This document shows positions 1 to 15,750 of a stretch of DNA of 64,000 nucleotides, piece by piece. The stretch is taken from contig OZ024740.1 in the NCBI GenBank assembly GCA_964016885.1, forward strand, positions 221,340,001 through 221,404,000. The letters are read 5' to 3'. The DNA comes from Eledone cirrhosa. Taxonomy: Eukaryota. The translations under genes and the position numbers were made by a program. A model generated the notes under the pieces. That model searched no databases. It had not been told where the DNA came from and was given only the letters and a program-made list of their open reading frames with translations. Position 1 is the first letter of the stretch. Each line of letters opens with the position of its first letter.

Positions 1-254
1 TCGTTTCCTTTTTTTCCGTTTATATATATATGTAAGTATGTTTTTAAACAGTGAGCAGGTTTGAAATTAGAAAATATATAGCTTTCACCGTATTTTTGAC
101 TAAAGGAATTTTAGCCTGATAATGGGGTTTAGAACCCTCAGATAAATGGAAAAAGATGAGTATTGACGTATATATATATAAGAATTAAAATACTAGAGTG
201 TGTTGGAGTTAAACATGGTTGTATTGGCCGATAGTGCTTCTTGTAGCTTTACTT

Positions 255-293
255 GCCCTGATGAGTCCTTAATAGGACGAAACATTGTTGGCT
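255..293 (+). ncRNA. Minimal type I hammerhead ribozyme motif
   Basis: GCC-CTGATGA-GTCCT taat AGGAC-GAAAC att GTT-GGC, followed directly by AATAAA (294-299) and a (TA)n tract. Confidence 0.85.
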
Positions 294-364
294 AATAAAG
301 ACTTTTGATGTATTGAAGGCTTCTTTGGTTTATTTTTTATAATATATATATATATATATATATA

Positions 365-3050
<2,686 letters not shown>

Positions 3051-4045
3051 GCTTGTCGACACCTGGAATACATATTAAGTGAAACTTCACAATCAGGAGG
3101 TTCTGTTGAAGGAACCCTTTCTGCTTTTGTCACCCTTATTTCAGCCTTAAAGAATTAGCTTCTAAAGAATCTTCCTTTTCTTTAAACCATTGAACCCCAC
3201 CCATCCTGTAGACACCTGTCTTACAGGCATTATTAGTCTAAGTGATAAACAAGGATTGGTATTCCAATTTTGAATTTGTTTACACTATTTTTTCTGTCTT
3301 TGTTAATATTATAGCTTTAAAGAATTAGCTTTTAATGAACTCCCTTTTCTTTAAATCCTTCAACCAATGACCTCCACCCATCCCAACCCCCACCCTCTCC
3401 TACCACCAAAAAAAGGAAAGATATAAATATGATGATTTCTCACGAATGAAACAGTTCTAGTCCTGTAGAAGCTCTTCTATATTAAAACTTTTATACTCTG
3501 TAATATACACCATCCCTCATATGGACTATCATACATGTAAGGCTACACCACTGCTAACCAACTATTCTTTTCACAGACTCTTGCTTGCAAACTCTATTGA
3601 TCTGCCTGTACACCCTCTTTTTGCACTGCTTGTGCTTTGATGTATCTATGCTTTGCTTTGTTTTATATTTCCTTGGGGTTTCCGGGCTTTTTGTTCCTTT
3701 ATTGTTTTGTATTTTTATATTTATCTCTTTTATTATCCCTGTATTTTTGCACTTTTTTCTTTATTTATTATTTTCTTATTGTTTCTGATCATGCTGAGTA
3801 ATACCCTCACCCATCCCTTGCTACCCTCTCCCAACCTCTATATCATCTATGGCACCATCTAAGTGATACATTTTTGGTGTAATTCTTAATTTTTAAATTT
3901 AAAGACATTTTATGACATTATGTGCATCATGTATTCTGCCTTTTTCCATATAGCGCTGCCTCAGGACCCCCCTGCTGCTCCTTTAACCCTGTTCTGGTGA
4001 TGCAGCTCGATGGAGCATGCAACTACTGATATACTCATGTTTATA

Positions 4046-4092
4046 AGCTCTGATGATTCCTTCCATGGTGTATGGATGAAACACTGTTAGCT
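4046..4092 (+). ncRNA. Type I hammerhead ribozyme motif
   Basis: AGCT-CTGATGA-TTCC...GGAT-GAAAC act GTT-AGCT followed by AATAAA (4093-4098) and (TA)n. Same layout as 255-293. Confidence 0.8.
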
Positions 4093-4133
4093 AATAAAAC
4101 AATGTATTTCTAAGTACTCTTTGGTTATTCCTA

Positions 4134-4212
<79 letters not shown>

Positions 4213-4214
<2 letters not shown>

Positions 4215-4990
4215 CTTCTCTCTTCATAATGTATTTTTAACTCTGATACTGGTTCAGTCTGGTTCAAACTGAATTGGTCTGTCCCAGTCATTCATTGAGC
4301 AACATCGGTGAAGTTGGCACCCATAACTCACAGTTGGGTGCGGATGCATTCATGTATATATGTGTGTGTCCGCATGTATCTGTGTGTTTCTTAATATATT
4401 AATAACTCCCTCTGGTCGAGCAATCTTTGAAGTGTGGGGACAACTGGAAAGCTTCCATTACTCATACTTCTCGCCTTCTTCACTACCTCTTCTACGGCCT
4501 CGATATGAATACCCCCTCCGCCTCCGTGGTATTTTCTTCGTGGTTATAAGAGGCTTAGCTCTGTTTCTCGACCGTTATATCGCGTGACTATCTCCCCCTC
4601 CGCCTTTTGGGATTCTTTCTCACGTCGTGTAGACGCGTTCTTGAGACTAGTAAAATGAGGTATCCTCTTGATAAGTCGGTAGACCTCGCAAGGACTCTAT
4701 ATCTTTGATATATTGTTTTTGTTTATGCCACGAAACTACGTAGTCGAGGAATTTAGGAACAGTTTAGGTATGATACATTTTATTACTAATTATATCTAAA
4801 TGTTTCTTCTCTCTTCATAATGTATTTTTAACTCTGATACTGGTTCAGTCTGGTTCAAACTGAATTGGTCTGTCCCAGTCATTCATTGAGCAACATCGGT
4901 GAAGTTGGCACCCATAACTCACAGTTGGGTGCGGATGCATTCATGTATATATGTGTGTGTCCGCATGTATCTGTGTGTTTCTTAATATAT
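4213..4990 (+). mobile_element. Non-coding retrozyme-like element: 591-nt unit plus about 185-bp terminal redundancy, inserted in (TA)n
   Basis: Near-identical direct repeats 4215-4399 and 4806-4990, with an internal hammerhead at 4663-4750. Confidence 0.75.
4663..4750 (+). ncRNA. Type I hammerhead with compensatory U3-A8 core and extended stem II
   Basis: TCCTC-TTGATAA-GTCGGTAGAC...GTTTATGCCAC-GAAAC TACGTA GTC-GAGGA. 5-bp stem I, palindromic stem III, GUC site at 4743-4745. Confidence 0.8.
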
Positions 4991-5068
4991 ATATATATAT
5001 ATATATATATACCTATGTATATATATAGGTATATATATATACATACATACATACGTATATATATATAT

Positions 5069-5101
<33 letters not shown>

Positions 5102-5103
5102 GA

Positions 5104-5329
5104 CGTGGGTGGGCTGAAAAGTTTATACGATGATTATGAAGGAGTGATGCTAGTGCTGTGAAACTTTGGATACATTACTTTCAACTCTTATTCTTAATAA
5201 CATCACTGCAATGTTTCTTTTCAGGGAATATTTTTTTTTTTTTTTAAAACCTCATTTGGTCCTTCCATCAGAGTATCTTAGTCATCTCATTCACTTTGAA
5301 GCCTATGAAATTTTCAACCAATCCCCGTA
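5104..5329. mobile_element. Mariner-type MITE (degenerate)
   Basis: Imperfect TIRs cgtgggtgggctgaaaagtttata / tatgaaattttcaaccaatccccg+TA. Related copy at 30213-30381. Confidence 0.6.
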
Positions 5330-5543
5330 GATCCTGCTAACAAAAGCTTACGATTGATACAATTGACGTAGAAGTTAGTTAGCATTGTATTGGGAATTCC
5401 TTGCTGAATATCTAAGTTTGAAATCATATTATCTAGTGAAGAGTATTTGAATGACACATTTGTGAATTACTTCATTTACTCTCCGTCATATGTTCTATGC
5501 ATACGTGTATACATACATTCATAAAGACATACATATACATACA

Positions 5544-5608
<65 letters not shown>

Positions 5609-5664
5609 GTTTCTATATATCTACATACGTACATACTTATGTCTGTGTGTATACACACACACAA

Positions 5665-5761
<97 letters not shown>

Positions 5762-6229
5762 CACACAGACATAAGTATGTACGTATGTAGAGTTATAGAA
5801 ACGTACATACCTGCGTATGTGCGTACAACCATCCATCCATAAAAACGTACATACATACATACGTACACATATACATAAATACATACATACATACAAATGT
5901 ACATACATACATACATACGTATATATATATACATATGCACATGTACACATACAATTCAAACACATCCACACATACAATAACATTCATACCTGTACACACA
6001 CGCACGCATGCAGACATGCATACATATTACCTAGTTGATGCTGTCTAAATTCCAATGAAAGAGTCTTGTATCTATGTTAGAAACTGGCTAACTCTCTAAA
6101 TGGTCACCATTTATAAAATTATGAAACCAGAAGAATATACCTTCATACATACATACATGATGGCTGCAAACTCTGCTAAGAGTATTGCAATCGCTTGTCA
6201 GATTATAGAGTTTGGTGCACTTTTATACT

Positions 6230-6895
6230 ATGGCCAGCCACACGAACCTGTAACATATCCTGAACAAGTAATGCCTGTGCTTTGAAGGTTTTTTAAGAAG
6301 GGAAAGGCGTTGCATTCGACCAATCCCACTCTCTGAGCATCGAAAACACTACCCGAAAAGGAGAACTGGTCAACATCATCGAAGAAAGTTGTTGTGACAA
6401 CAACTGGGGGCATTTTACTCCCAGGTAAAAAAAAAGCACTATTTGGATGGCCGTTGACTCTGCTGATTTCCTCCGCCCTTAACCGGATCTTGTATTTCAT
6501 CCCGCAGGGTTTCCAAATATCACCCTTCTCACCAAGCAAGCTTGTGAATTGCCATCCCATGACCTTCTTCTCATACATGGGTGGGCCAAACTGTTTAGCT
6601 CTGCCAATGAGATAGCTCCTTTCTGCAAATGCTACAGCTAAAGAATAGGCTATGCTCACGCAACCCACGCGGAAGTTGGTTAGATCAAGTGATCCATATG
6701 TTTGAAGCCTTTTTAAGTGAAGAAATTCCTTGCACTGGACCAATCCCACTCTCTGCACAACGGTGACAGGTATCCAAAAAGAATGAACAGGTCAACATCA
6801 TTGGCTGTCATCAAGTCGCAGGTTTTACATCAGTGTTTTCCGTCTTCTCGAAGGATCTCCTTACAACAACCAAGGGTCTTTACCTCCCGGTGAGC
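6230..6895 (-). repeat. Degenerate repeat related to the 11222-11828 element, with internal duplication of about 420-bp period
   Basis: Block ttgca..gaccaatcccactctctg...ggtcaacatcat occurs at about 6310-6380 and 6730-6803, and matches 11470-11543. Confidence 0.55.
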
Positions 6896-7583
6896 TAACC
6901 GCGCTTTCGTTAAACAAAAGTAATAAACTCAGAGACTCTTTTCAGCCGAGTTTACTGGAACAACTGCAAATAAAATATCTTACTCAAGTAGACAACGAGT
7001 CTACAGATCAGGTAACAGAGCCATCAATTTTATTATCCTTTATGATCATAAACCAAACGCTCTTACATCTAGGCCACGTATCGTGAAAACAAATTATCAG
7101 TTGCAGAAGAAAAAGTACTATTAAAGATATTCAGCTGTAAAGTACAAGAGATCGAAAATCTGTTGGACTTAACAAGTGATAATGACATTTCAAGATTACA
7201 TGTCATTTACTGAGTGAAATTTCTTGATAAGCTGACTAATAAGAGCAAATCAAAACTATACAGCCGTCTCTGCCGTGAATCTAATTACATCTGGTGATGA
7301 AAGTTTCTCCACCTACATCCTGTTGCTGTCAACGAACTGACGATAGCGTATTGCTTACCTACTGACAGATCTTTCACCTCAAGTAAGCCATGCGCGCGCA
7401 CACATACACACACACACATACACACACACACATGCCTACACAAACACACATACATGCACGAACACACTGACACACATACACACAAACGCATACACAAACA
7501 CGTATGCACACAAATGCACACACAAGCACACACATACACATCAACACCCACACACACAAACGCATACACAAATACACACACAT

Positions 7584-7620
<37 letters not shown>

Positions 7621-7959
7621 TCTAATCCTATCCAGTATTGAATCAGAATTAATTTATTGACACCGAAAGAGTTAAAGGAAAAGTCAACTCAGCGCCGATT
7701 TGTGAAGTTAGGCTTAAATCCACCATTTTACGTTCATGTTTTCATGCTTGCACGAGCTATATGAAGCTCGCAACTTATTCTTGATTCTCGGGCCTTATAT
7801 GACACTAATCCGCAGAGATAACCCCGAGCTGCCGCTGGTACTCATACTGGGTGAACTGGAGCAACACAAAATAGAATGCTTTACTCGGTCTAAAAATCAA
7901 ACTCATGGTCTTATGATCATGTGACCAGCATCCTATCTACCAGGAGATGAGGGTTCACT

Positions 7960-8475
7960 AAACATAAAGGAAATTACCATATATGCTCGAATATATGTCG
8001 ACCTCACTATTTTATGTCTGAGAAATGGGCAAAAATTCAAACCTCAGTTACGTAGAATTTGAAGTTGGTGAAAATCATCAAAATATTACACCGAATATAA
8101 GTCGACCCTTCTACCATCGATGTTTTGGTCACATCTTCTACGACTTATATTCGAGTATATATGGTCTGTAATGGATAGTAACTAATGTTGAAAATACATT
8201 TAAAAGCTTTCAATGAACGTAAAGGAAATGACTGTATATACTTGTATATAAGTTTACTCCACTATTTTATGCCTGAGAAATGGGTAAAAATACAAACCTT
8301 ATTTACGTAGAATTTGAAGTTGGTGAAAATCATCAACATAGTTACTCTGACTATAAGTCGACCCTCTCCTACCATCAATCTTTTGGGAAACATAATCCTC
8401 GACTTATATTCGAGTATATACGGTAACTAATATTGCAATGTAATGGGTAGTAACTTATGTTGAAAATACATTTAA
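7960..8475. mobile_element. Tandem duplication of a pogo/Tc1-type MITE with its flanks
   Basis: Copies at about 7977-8164 and 8232-8423 with TIR-like ends (ccatatatgctcgaatatatgtcga / tcgacttatattcgagtatatacgg+TA). Flanking sequence is also duplicated. Confidence 0.65.
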
Positions 8476-8739
8476 TATTTCACTCCACGTCGTATTATTT
8501 CTTGTACTAACATTACTACACATGGTTAAGAATAGGGGTTTATAAAATTGGCACAAAGTCATATATTTGGTGGAAGGATGTAATGAATTAAATCAACACT
8601 CAGTACTTGGCTGGTAGTATTTTATTGAAGAATGAAGTTGACGCCAACGTGATCTGACGGGACATTGTTGTTGAAGAGAACATGTAAATTTGAATGGCTC
8701 CAGCAAATAATCCTTTAATAGGTTACTTGAGATATTGAT

Positions 8740-9085
8740 GAGAGAAAACCATTCAGTTATCATTGGTAAGCCCCAGACGAGATAGCCTTTTTCCTGTTTG
8801 ACAGGGGTAGGTCACTAAGCTGGGACGCTTAGCATTCTGACACTTTCTAAGGCTTCACTCTTAATGCCCTCGGCAAAGCTGCTCACAAAACAGAGGAATG
8901 GAATGTGATCAAATATAATTCATTAATGGACAAATTCGCGCCGCACGTTGTTGATACCTTTGGTATCCTAGGCCCCCTGATCACTGTTTTCTTTCATCAT
9001 ATAGGGTTGAGAGCATCACGCCCTAGGAGGGTGGCTTATGAGGCGAAGTGGTGGATGTAGTGAATATCGTCTGCTATATTTTCCA
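8740..9085 (+). mobile_element. Degenerate C-terminal restriction-like endonuclease of a CRE-type non-LTR retrotransposon
   Basis: PDEIAFFLFDRGRSLSWDA*HSDTF*...GKAAHKTEE...KYNSL..FAPHVVDTFGILGP...IG... resembles the RPDG-x-WD...KY..L..F.P..VET.G..GP pattern. Confidence 0.7.
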
Positions 9086-9617
9086 CACTGTAAAGTGGTC
9101 ATGTAGGCGTCACGACAAAAGGCACCCAGTACTCATTGTAAATGAGGTTGGCACTAGGAAGGCATCCAGTTGTAGAAACGAAGCAAACAAAATCGGTTCT
9201 GTATGAGCATGACATGGCCACCTGACCTAACATTGCTCACAATAGGTTAACTCGTCTAACCCATACCAGCGTGGACAAATGGACGTTAAACGGTGATAAT
9301 CATGTTGATGATGATGATGATGGTGATGATGTTGTCCGTGGCGTGTTTGCTATGTTGTCTGTGGAGAGTTTGCTATGTTGTCTGACTGAGAGTATAGAGT
9401 TTAGCCTCCTCTTCGTTATTTAAAAAAAATATTACTTTTGTTTTTTATGGATTCTGAATAAATATAATTTTAAGGAACAATAGCATAAACTAAATTTATA
9501 AAATTAAAGGTCCAGCACACTGTACCACTGCACAGAGAACATTAACGGAAAAATGGTTTAAACGAGAAAATCGACAAATATGCCAATTCCTAGGCGAGAT
9601 AGAAAATTGTGACTTAC

Positions 9618-9962
9618 AGTAAAGTAAAGAACCCCCCTCGGTCACGAATGACCATGGGATTTGCACCTAGAAAGTTTTCCTCCGAGGCACAAGTCCGGGC
9701 AGGGTTGTTTGTGGAAGACCAGCAGTCGCCCATGCATACCAGCCTCCCCTCTCCACGCCACCGATGATGTCCAAGGGAAAGACAATGGCCGATACAGCTT
9801 GGTGCCAGTGACGTCGCAACTCATTTCTACAGCTGAGTAAACTGGAGCAACGTGAAATAAAATGTCTTGTTCAAGGACACAACGCATCAGCCGGTCCGAG
9901 AATCGAACTCACAACCTCTCGATTGCAAGCCCAATGCTCTAACCACTACGCCATGCGCATTC
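9618..9962 (-). mobile_element. tRNA-derived SINE (family B, CORE-like body), full length
   Basis: Minus strand: A box TGGCGTAGTGG, B box GAGTTCGATTC, then tgtgtccttgaacaagac...ctcagctgtagaaatgag. Homologous copies at 59495-59830, 51725-51855 and about 48050-48150. Confidence 0.85.
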
Positions 9963-9989
9963 ACCGTGACTTACAGTTGAGCAGTAATA

Positions 9990-10030
9990 ATGACGACAAC
10001 GATGATGACGACGACGATGATGACGACGAC

Positions 10031-10089
<59 letters not shown>
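9990..10089. repeat. (GAT/GAC)n trinucleotide microsatellite
   Basis: Directly visible. Confidence 0.95.
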
Positions 10090-10090
<1 letters not shown>

Positions 10091-10304
10091 GATCCCTGAT
10101 CCTCCACATCAAACCAAGAACAAACTGTTTCTATTGTTCTTTCCCCGTTGTCGACTTTATTTGTCGATCACAACTCCTAACAAATGTGCCATCTATGTGA
10201 ACTATTGAAGCGCTGCGTAATATGAACTCGTTATTAAAAAAACGTTATTAAAAAAACCCATATCTCGGGTTCCCGAGATATGGGTTTTTCTGGGTACCTT
10301 CATA

Positions 10305-10380
<76 letters not shown>

Positions 10381-10510
10381 ATGAGAGAGAGAGAAAGAAA
10401 TAGATAGAGAGTAAATTGAAAGAGAGACATAGTGTGAGGGAGAGGAGACAGAGAAGGAGAATGGAAGAGAGAACTGGTGGTGTTGTTGTGTGTATATATA
10501 TATGTGTGTG

Positions 10511-10568
<58 letters not shown>

Positions 10569-10600
10569 TATGACCAGTGTATAGAGATCACAGACCCCCC

Positions 10601-10632
<32 letters not shown>

Positions 10633-10744
10633 GTGGTAGAACATAGGAAGGTAATATTACTTTCCCGAGGATCAGCTAAGGTGAAACAATTGTTCTCGGT
10701 ATGGTGAACTAACTGCTGTGTATCCACGTCTCTCTCTCTCTCTC

Positions 10745-10810
<66 letters not shown>

Positions 10811-10814
<4 letters not shown>

Positions 10815-11112
10815 ATCAAAAGATGGTTAAAAGAGTTCCATGTATTTTATTATGCGCATTTCAAAAACAAATATCATCATGCGATGACATTTGCGTTTTC
10901 GTCAGATAAAATAGGGAGACATGATATGAAGGTTAAAAAACACTTGTGAATAGTTGATTTAAAACTCCACTATTCACAAGTGTTTTTTAACCTTCATATC
11001 ATGTCTCCCTATTTTATTTGACGAAAACGCAAATGTCATCGCATGATGATATTTGTTTTTGAAATGCGCATAATAAAATACATGGAACTCTTTTAACCAT
11101 CTTTTGATCTTA
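10811..11112. repeat. Fold-back palindrome (about 143-bp arms) with a degenerate hammerhead in each arm
   Basis: 10811-10953 is the reverse complement of 10970-11112. Arms read TTAT-(C/T)TGACGA-long hairpin-GAAATGCGC-ATAA-TAAA (10850-10909 minus, 11014-11073 plus). Confidence 0.85.
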
Positions 11113-11221
11113 TATATTATTTATACTCCAGTCCTACAAACTGTAGAGTGCTACTTGTCCGATATCTGCATTGCTTTATTGTACTACAATAAAACTCACC
11201 TCCTACATTATATATATATAT

Positions 11222-11828
11222 ATGGTGGCTGCCAACTCGTTTTCGAGTACGGCCACTACTTTATATCCATGTAGGAGAACCCCTACCGATGCGCTGAACG
11301 AGTGTGACTTTTGAGTCCAGCCAGCGACTTGATAACTCTGGTACAAACACTACACTTGTGACAATTATTGACACATAGTGCTGGGCCCATGGTACCATGT
11401 GACAAGTGCAGAGATCTCCAGATATAAAGCAATGCCTGTGCCATGAAGCTTTTATAGTGAGCAAAGGCATTGCACAGAGCCAGTCCCACTCTCTTAACCA
11501 AGATGATATTTACCAAAAAGTAGAACAAGTCAACATCATTGGATACCATCAGGGTTGCAGGTGTTATATCAGAGTTTTCCTTCTCCTAGAATTCTGCCTT
11601 GACAAAGGCTAAGGGGTCATCTCTCCCGGTGATTTTGGATGGCCATTGACTCTTAAGAGCTCCTTTGCCCTTTGACAGGTTTTGTTTTTAGTCCTGCAGG
11701 ATGTCCAAAGTCACCCTCCTCACCAAGAAACCTTGGTGGGGTTGCCAGTTTAGTCGCCAACGACCCGACCATGAAACAGGTTGTACTGGGATACATGTTA
11801 CCAGTAGCACCAACTGGTGACCTGACAT
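11222..11828 (-). mobile_element. About 600-bp non-coding interspersed element in (TA)n, with an RTE 5'-UTR-like motif
   Basis: Near-identical second copy from 63738 to the window end. Minus strand carries CTAGGAGAAGGAAAACTCTG, which I recall from RTE 5' regions. Confidence 0.65.
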
Positions 11829-12564
11829 AATATATATATATATGTGTGTGTATACAGACACACACACATTTATATATATACATACACACATGTGTATATA
11901 TGGGCCTTCCAGTTTCATTTCACATTATATACATGTCCGTGTATATTTTAATTCTTTAAAAATTATTTTTAAGTGAAAATGATTTAGAAAATGTATTTTG
12001 AAGTGAATGTGACGCAATGGGTCATGGATGGTCTAGTTATTTATAACAATCGACTGTTCTTACAGTTATTCTTGTACTTGGGTTACCTACATTTACTATA
12101 AAAATAGATAAAAAATAGATAAAAATAGATAAAAAATGCTTTTTTTTTTTAACAATCAGGATTTGAACTCAGAGCACACAGTACCGGAATAAATACAGCA
12201 AGGTAGTCTATCCAATATTTTCACAATTCCGCGCCAATCCGATTATATTGATTTCAGTACACCACTAGTTTATTTTATCGACTTCAGATAGCCGAAAGGT
12301 AGAGTCGGCTTTGGAACAATCACAATCACAACGCAAAAAGACTTATCAAAACACCAGAAGGCATTTTCTCCTACAACGATTTATCGATTCTATATAAAAA
12401 ATAAATCACAAGTAAATAGGGATGGTGATTCCTGATATAGTAGAATACTAGAAGATGGTTTTTTGAAAGATTTAGTGTGTTATCCCTTGTTAATTCCGGG
12501 TTTCAATCTCACTGGACTAGCTGAGTCTTTCATCCCTCATAATATCTATGAATATCTATGAATA

Positions 12565-12634
<70 letters not shown>

Positions 12635-12829
12635 CATACATATATACATACATATGTATATATATATATACACATATATATATATACATATACATACATG
12701 CATATATATATGTACATATAACATACATGCGATATATATATATATACATATACATATATATATACACACACATTATATATTATATATATACATTAATATA
12801 TATAATATTATATATATATATATATATGT

Positions 12830-12875
<46 letters not shown>

Positions 12876-12927
12876 TATATAAGTGTGTGTGGGTATGTGT
12901 ATGTATAGACGTATGGATATGTATATG

Positions 12928-12960
<33 letters not shown>

Positions 12961-13000
12961 GTGTGTGTGGGTATGTGTATGTATAGACGTATGGATATAT

Positions 13001-13185
<185 letters not shown>

Positions 13186-13229
13186 GTGTGTGTGGGTATG
13201 TGTATGTATAGGACGTATGGATTATATAT

Positions 13230-13320
<91 letters not shown>

Positions 13321-13385
13321 AAGGATATTGTTTCGTCGGCCATATTCTTCAACAAATTTTGACCTTGTAACGTACTCAGAAGAAA

Positions 13386-13585
13386 NNNNNNNNNNNNNNN
13401 NNNNNNNNNNNNNNNNNNNNNNNNNNNNNNNNNNNNNNNNNNNNNNNNNNNNNNNNNNNNNNNNNNNNNNNNNNNNNNNNNNNNNNNNNNNNNNNNNNNN
13501 NNNNNNNNNNNNNNNNNNNNNNNNNNNNNNNNNNNNNNNNNNNNNNNNNNNNNNNNNNNNNNNNNNNNNNNNNNNNNNNNNNNNN
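13386..13585. other. Assembly gap (200 N)
   Basis: Run of n. Confidence 1.
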
Positions 13586-13951
13586 AACAGGAGAGAGTTT
13601 TATATAATGTAATATATAAAGATATTCCAATATATCAATATATCGAACAATCGTATTGAATAGCCAGGCAATTAGAGATGATATGAATATGGCAAAATTG
13701 GGAACTGTGTGTAGCGGGGCGTGGTTGGTGGTGGTGTGGAGGAACCGTGGGTTAACAAAGAGTTTGGTAGAAAGTTGAATAGAGATGCATTGCTGAGGAA
13801 AGCGAAAGACAGTTATATAGTCTAAAGGGATATATATATATATATATTATATATATATATATAGAGAGAGAGAGATAGATAGAGAGAGTGAGAGAGATAT
13901 TCAAAGAATGAAAGGCAGGATTAAATATTCAGAAATATCGATAGATGGATG

Positions 13952-14050
<99 letters not shown>

Positions 14051-14244
14051 AGAGACAGAGAGAAAGAGGAAGAGAAAAGAAAGAGTGAGAAATATTTGAC
14101 GGAGAATTGAATAAAAAAGGAAATGGAATGAAAGACAAACAGAGAGACAGACAGAAAGAAAGAAGGACAATGAAGGCAAAACAAAAAAAGCATCGGTAAG
14201 GGATTGCATATTCCGAAAAAATAGAAACCCGGGAAATTTATATA

Positions 14245-14505
14245 ATAATTGTTTCTACTTTTGGCACAAGGCCACCAATAACTCAGTACATTACTGGTAC
14301 TTTATTTTATAATAATTGTTTCTACTTCTGGCACAAGGCCAGCAATTACCCAGTGCATTACTGGTACTTTATTTTATCGACCCCGTAAGGATGAAAGGCA
14401 AAGTTAACCTCGGCGGGATTTGAAATCAGAATGGCAAGGGCCGTAACTCTATGCGTCAAAGCATGGCGTCCGTCCCTCTACCGGTACTGCCAATCCACCG
14501 CCCTT
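14245..14505 (-). mobile_element. tRNA-derived SINE (family A) with duplicated 3' end
   Basis: Minus strand: TGGCAGTACCGGTAGAG (A box)...GATTTCAAATCCC (B box-like)...gcctttcatccttacggggtcgataaaataaagtaccag...ggccttgtgcc. Confidence 0.85.
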
Positions 14506-15076
14506 TATTTTATAATAATATTAGCTAAAAGGAAAAGTAGCAGTGTAATGTGTAGAAAAACAGTGTTACTGTTTTAAATGAACAGAGAGATATAATATAT
14601 ATATATAAAAGAGAAAGCGAACGATGCATAGATAGTTGATGGATAGATTGATAGATAGTGGATACTATATATAAGTTAAGATGTGTAGATCTAGTCATTC
14701 CGGTTAGCAAATCTTGATGTAACAAGTTAAATCACTCGATGTTATGCAAATCATCCACCATAGATGTGGTATGAGGTCGGTGGTGGAGGACCGGAGTTGA
14801 CTATTTAAAAAAAAAGGCATTAATGAGTGTGTGCCATTCGGAGATGGTTCGCTGCAATAACAACACCGAATTGGCAGGCCATCGCCGAATGAAGTCTATT
14901 CCCTATTCTGTCTGTTTGGTGTAGTTTTGTGATCGATTACTTAATCTTTGCAATCCACACCTGATAACGTCGCGAAAGTCTTACACCATGATCTGATGAT
15001 GTAACTAGGTCATAAATACATATTGTGATTTTAAAACATTAAAAGAATATTTCGAGTCCAGCCTTCTGCTGACTTG

Positions 15077-15163
<87 letters not shown>

Positions 15164-15239
15164 GAGAGGTATAGAGATTGTTTTAGCAAGAAGCTAACGG
15201 CATTCTATAACATATATGCGACTATATATATATATATAT

Positions 15240-15730
15240 ATGAATAAAAATAGACAAGGGTTAAAATGTCCTCTTCAGTAGACTGCTGATTATCGTTGGT
15301 ATTTCGACGCATTAAAGACTAGATACCTAAAATCAGTGCGAGCGATAACTCAATTAAGTTATCGGGACAGTGGGAAAACAGAGGGAAGGAAAAAAACACA
15401 TGGTGGTATGCAACGTAAAGAGAGGAAAATAGAGACAAGTCAATGAATCCTGTGGGCTTAAGCCCGACATATCAAATTGACGAGGAGAAAAAGACACGTC
15501 CGAGCCGCGAGAAGATTGAGAGAGGAAATAAATTGAAGCAGGTCAGACGGGAGGAAGTGAGAAGGGAGGAAGAAGCAGAGAGGGAGTGAGTGAAAGTGGG
15601 AGGAAGGGCCAGCCGAGAGTGAGTGACCAGCAGCGGGAGTTGAGGAAGGCAAGAGGTGAAGGAGAGAGAAAGAGTGATAGCAGTAAAGTGACAGAAAAAA
15701 TACGAACCACAGCGAAGGGAAAAAATATGA
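15240..15730 (-). mobile_element. Non-coding (TA)n-inserted element homologous to 52783-53378, carrying a permuted hammerhead-like motif
   Basis: Collinear similarity (reverse complement) with 52820-53330, e.g. cccttcgctgtg, ctctttacgttgc, agttatcg. Confidence 0.7.
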
Positions 15731-15750
15731 TATATATATATATATATATA

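Noticed and set aside
9890-9962. tRNA-like sequence with A and B boxes
   Set aside because: Head of a multi-copy SINE, continuous with the SINE body; no complete cloverleaf.
9990-10208. Poly-Met ORF
   Set aside because: (GAT)n microsatellite.
13322-13356. Minus-strand TTGAAGA...GAAAC next to the gap
   Set aside because: No convincing stems I or II.
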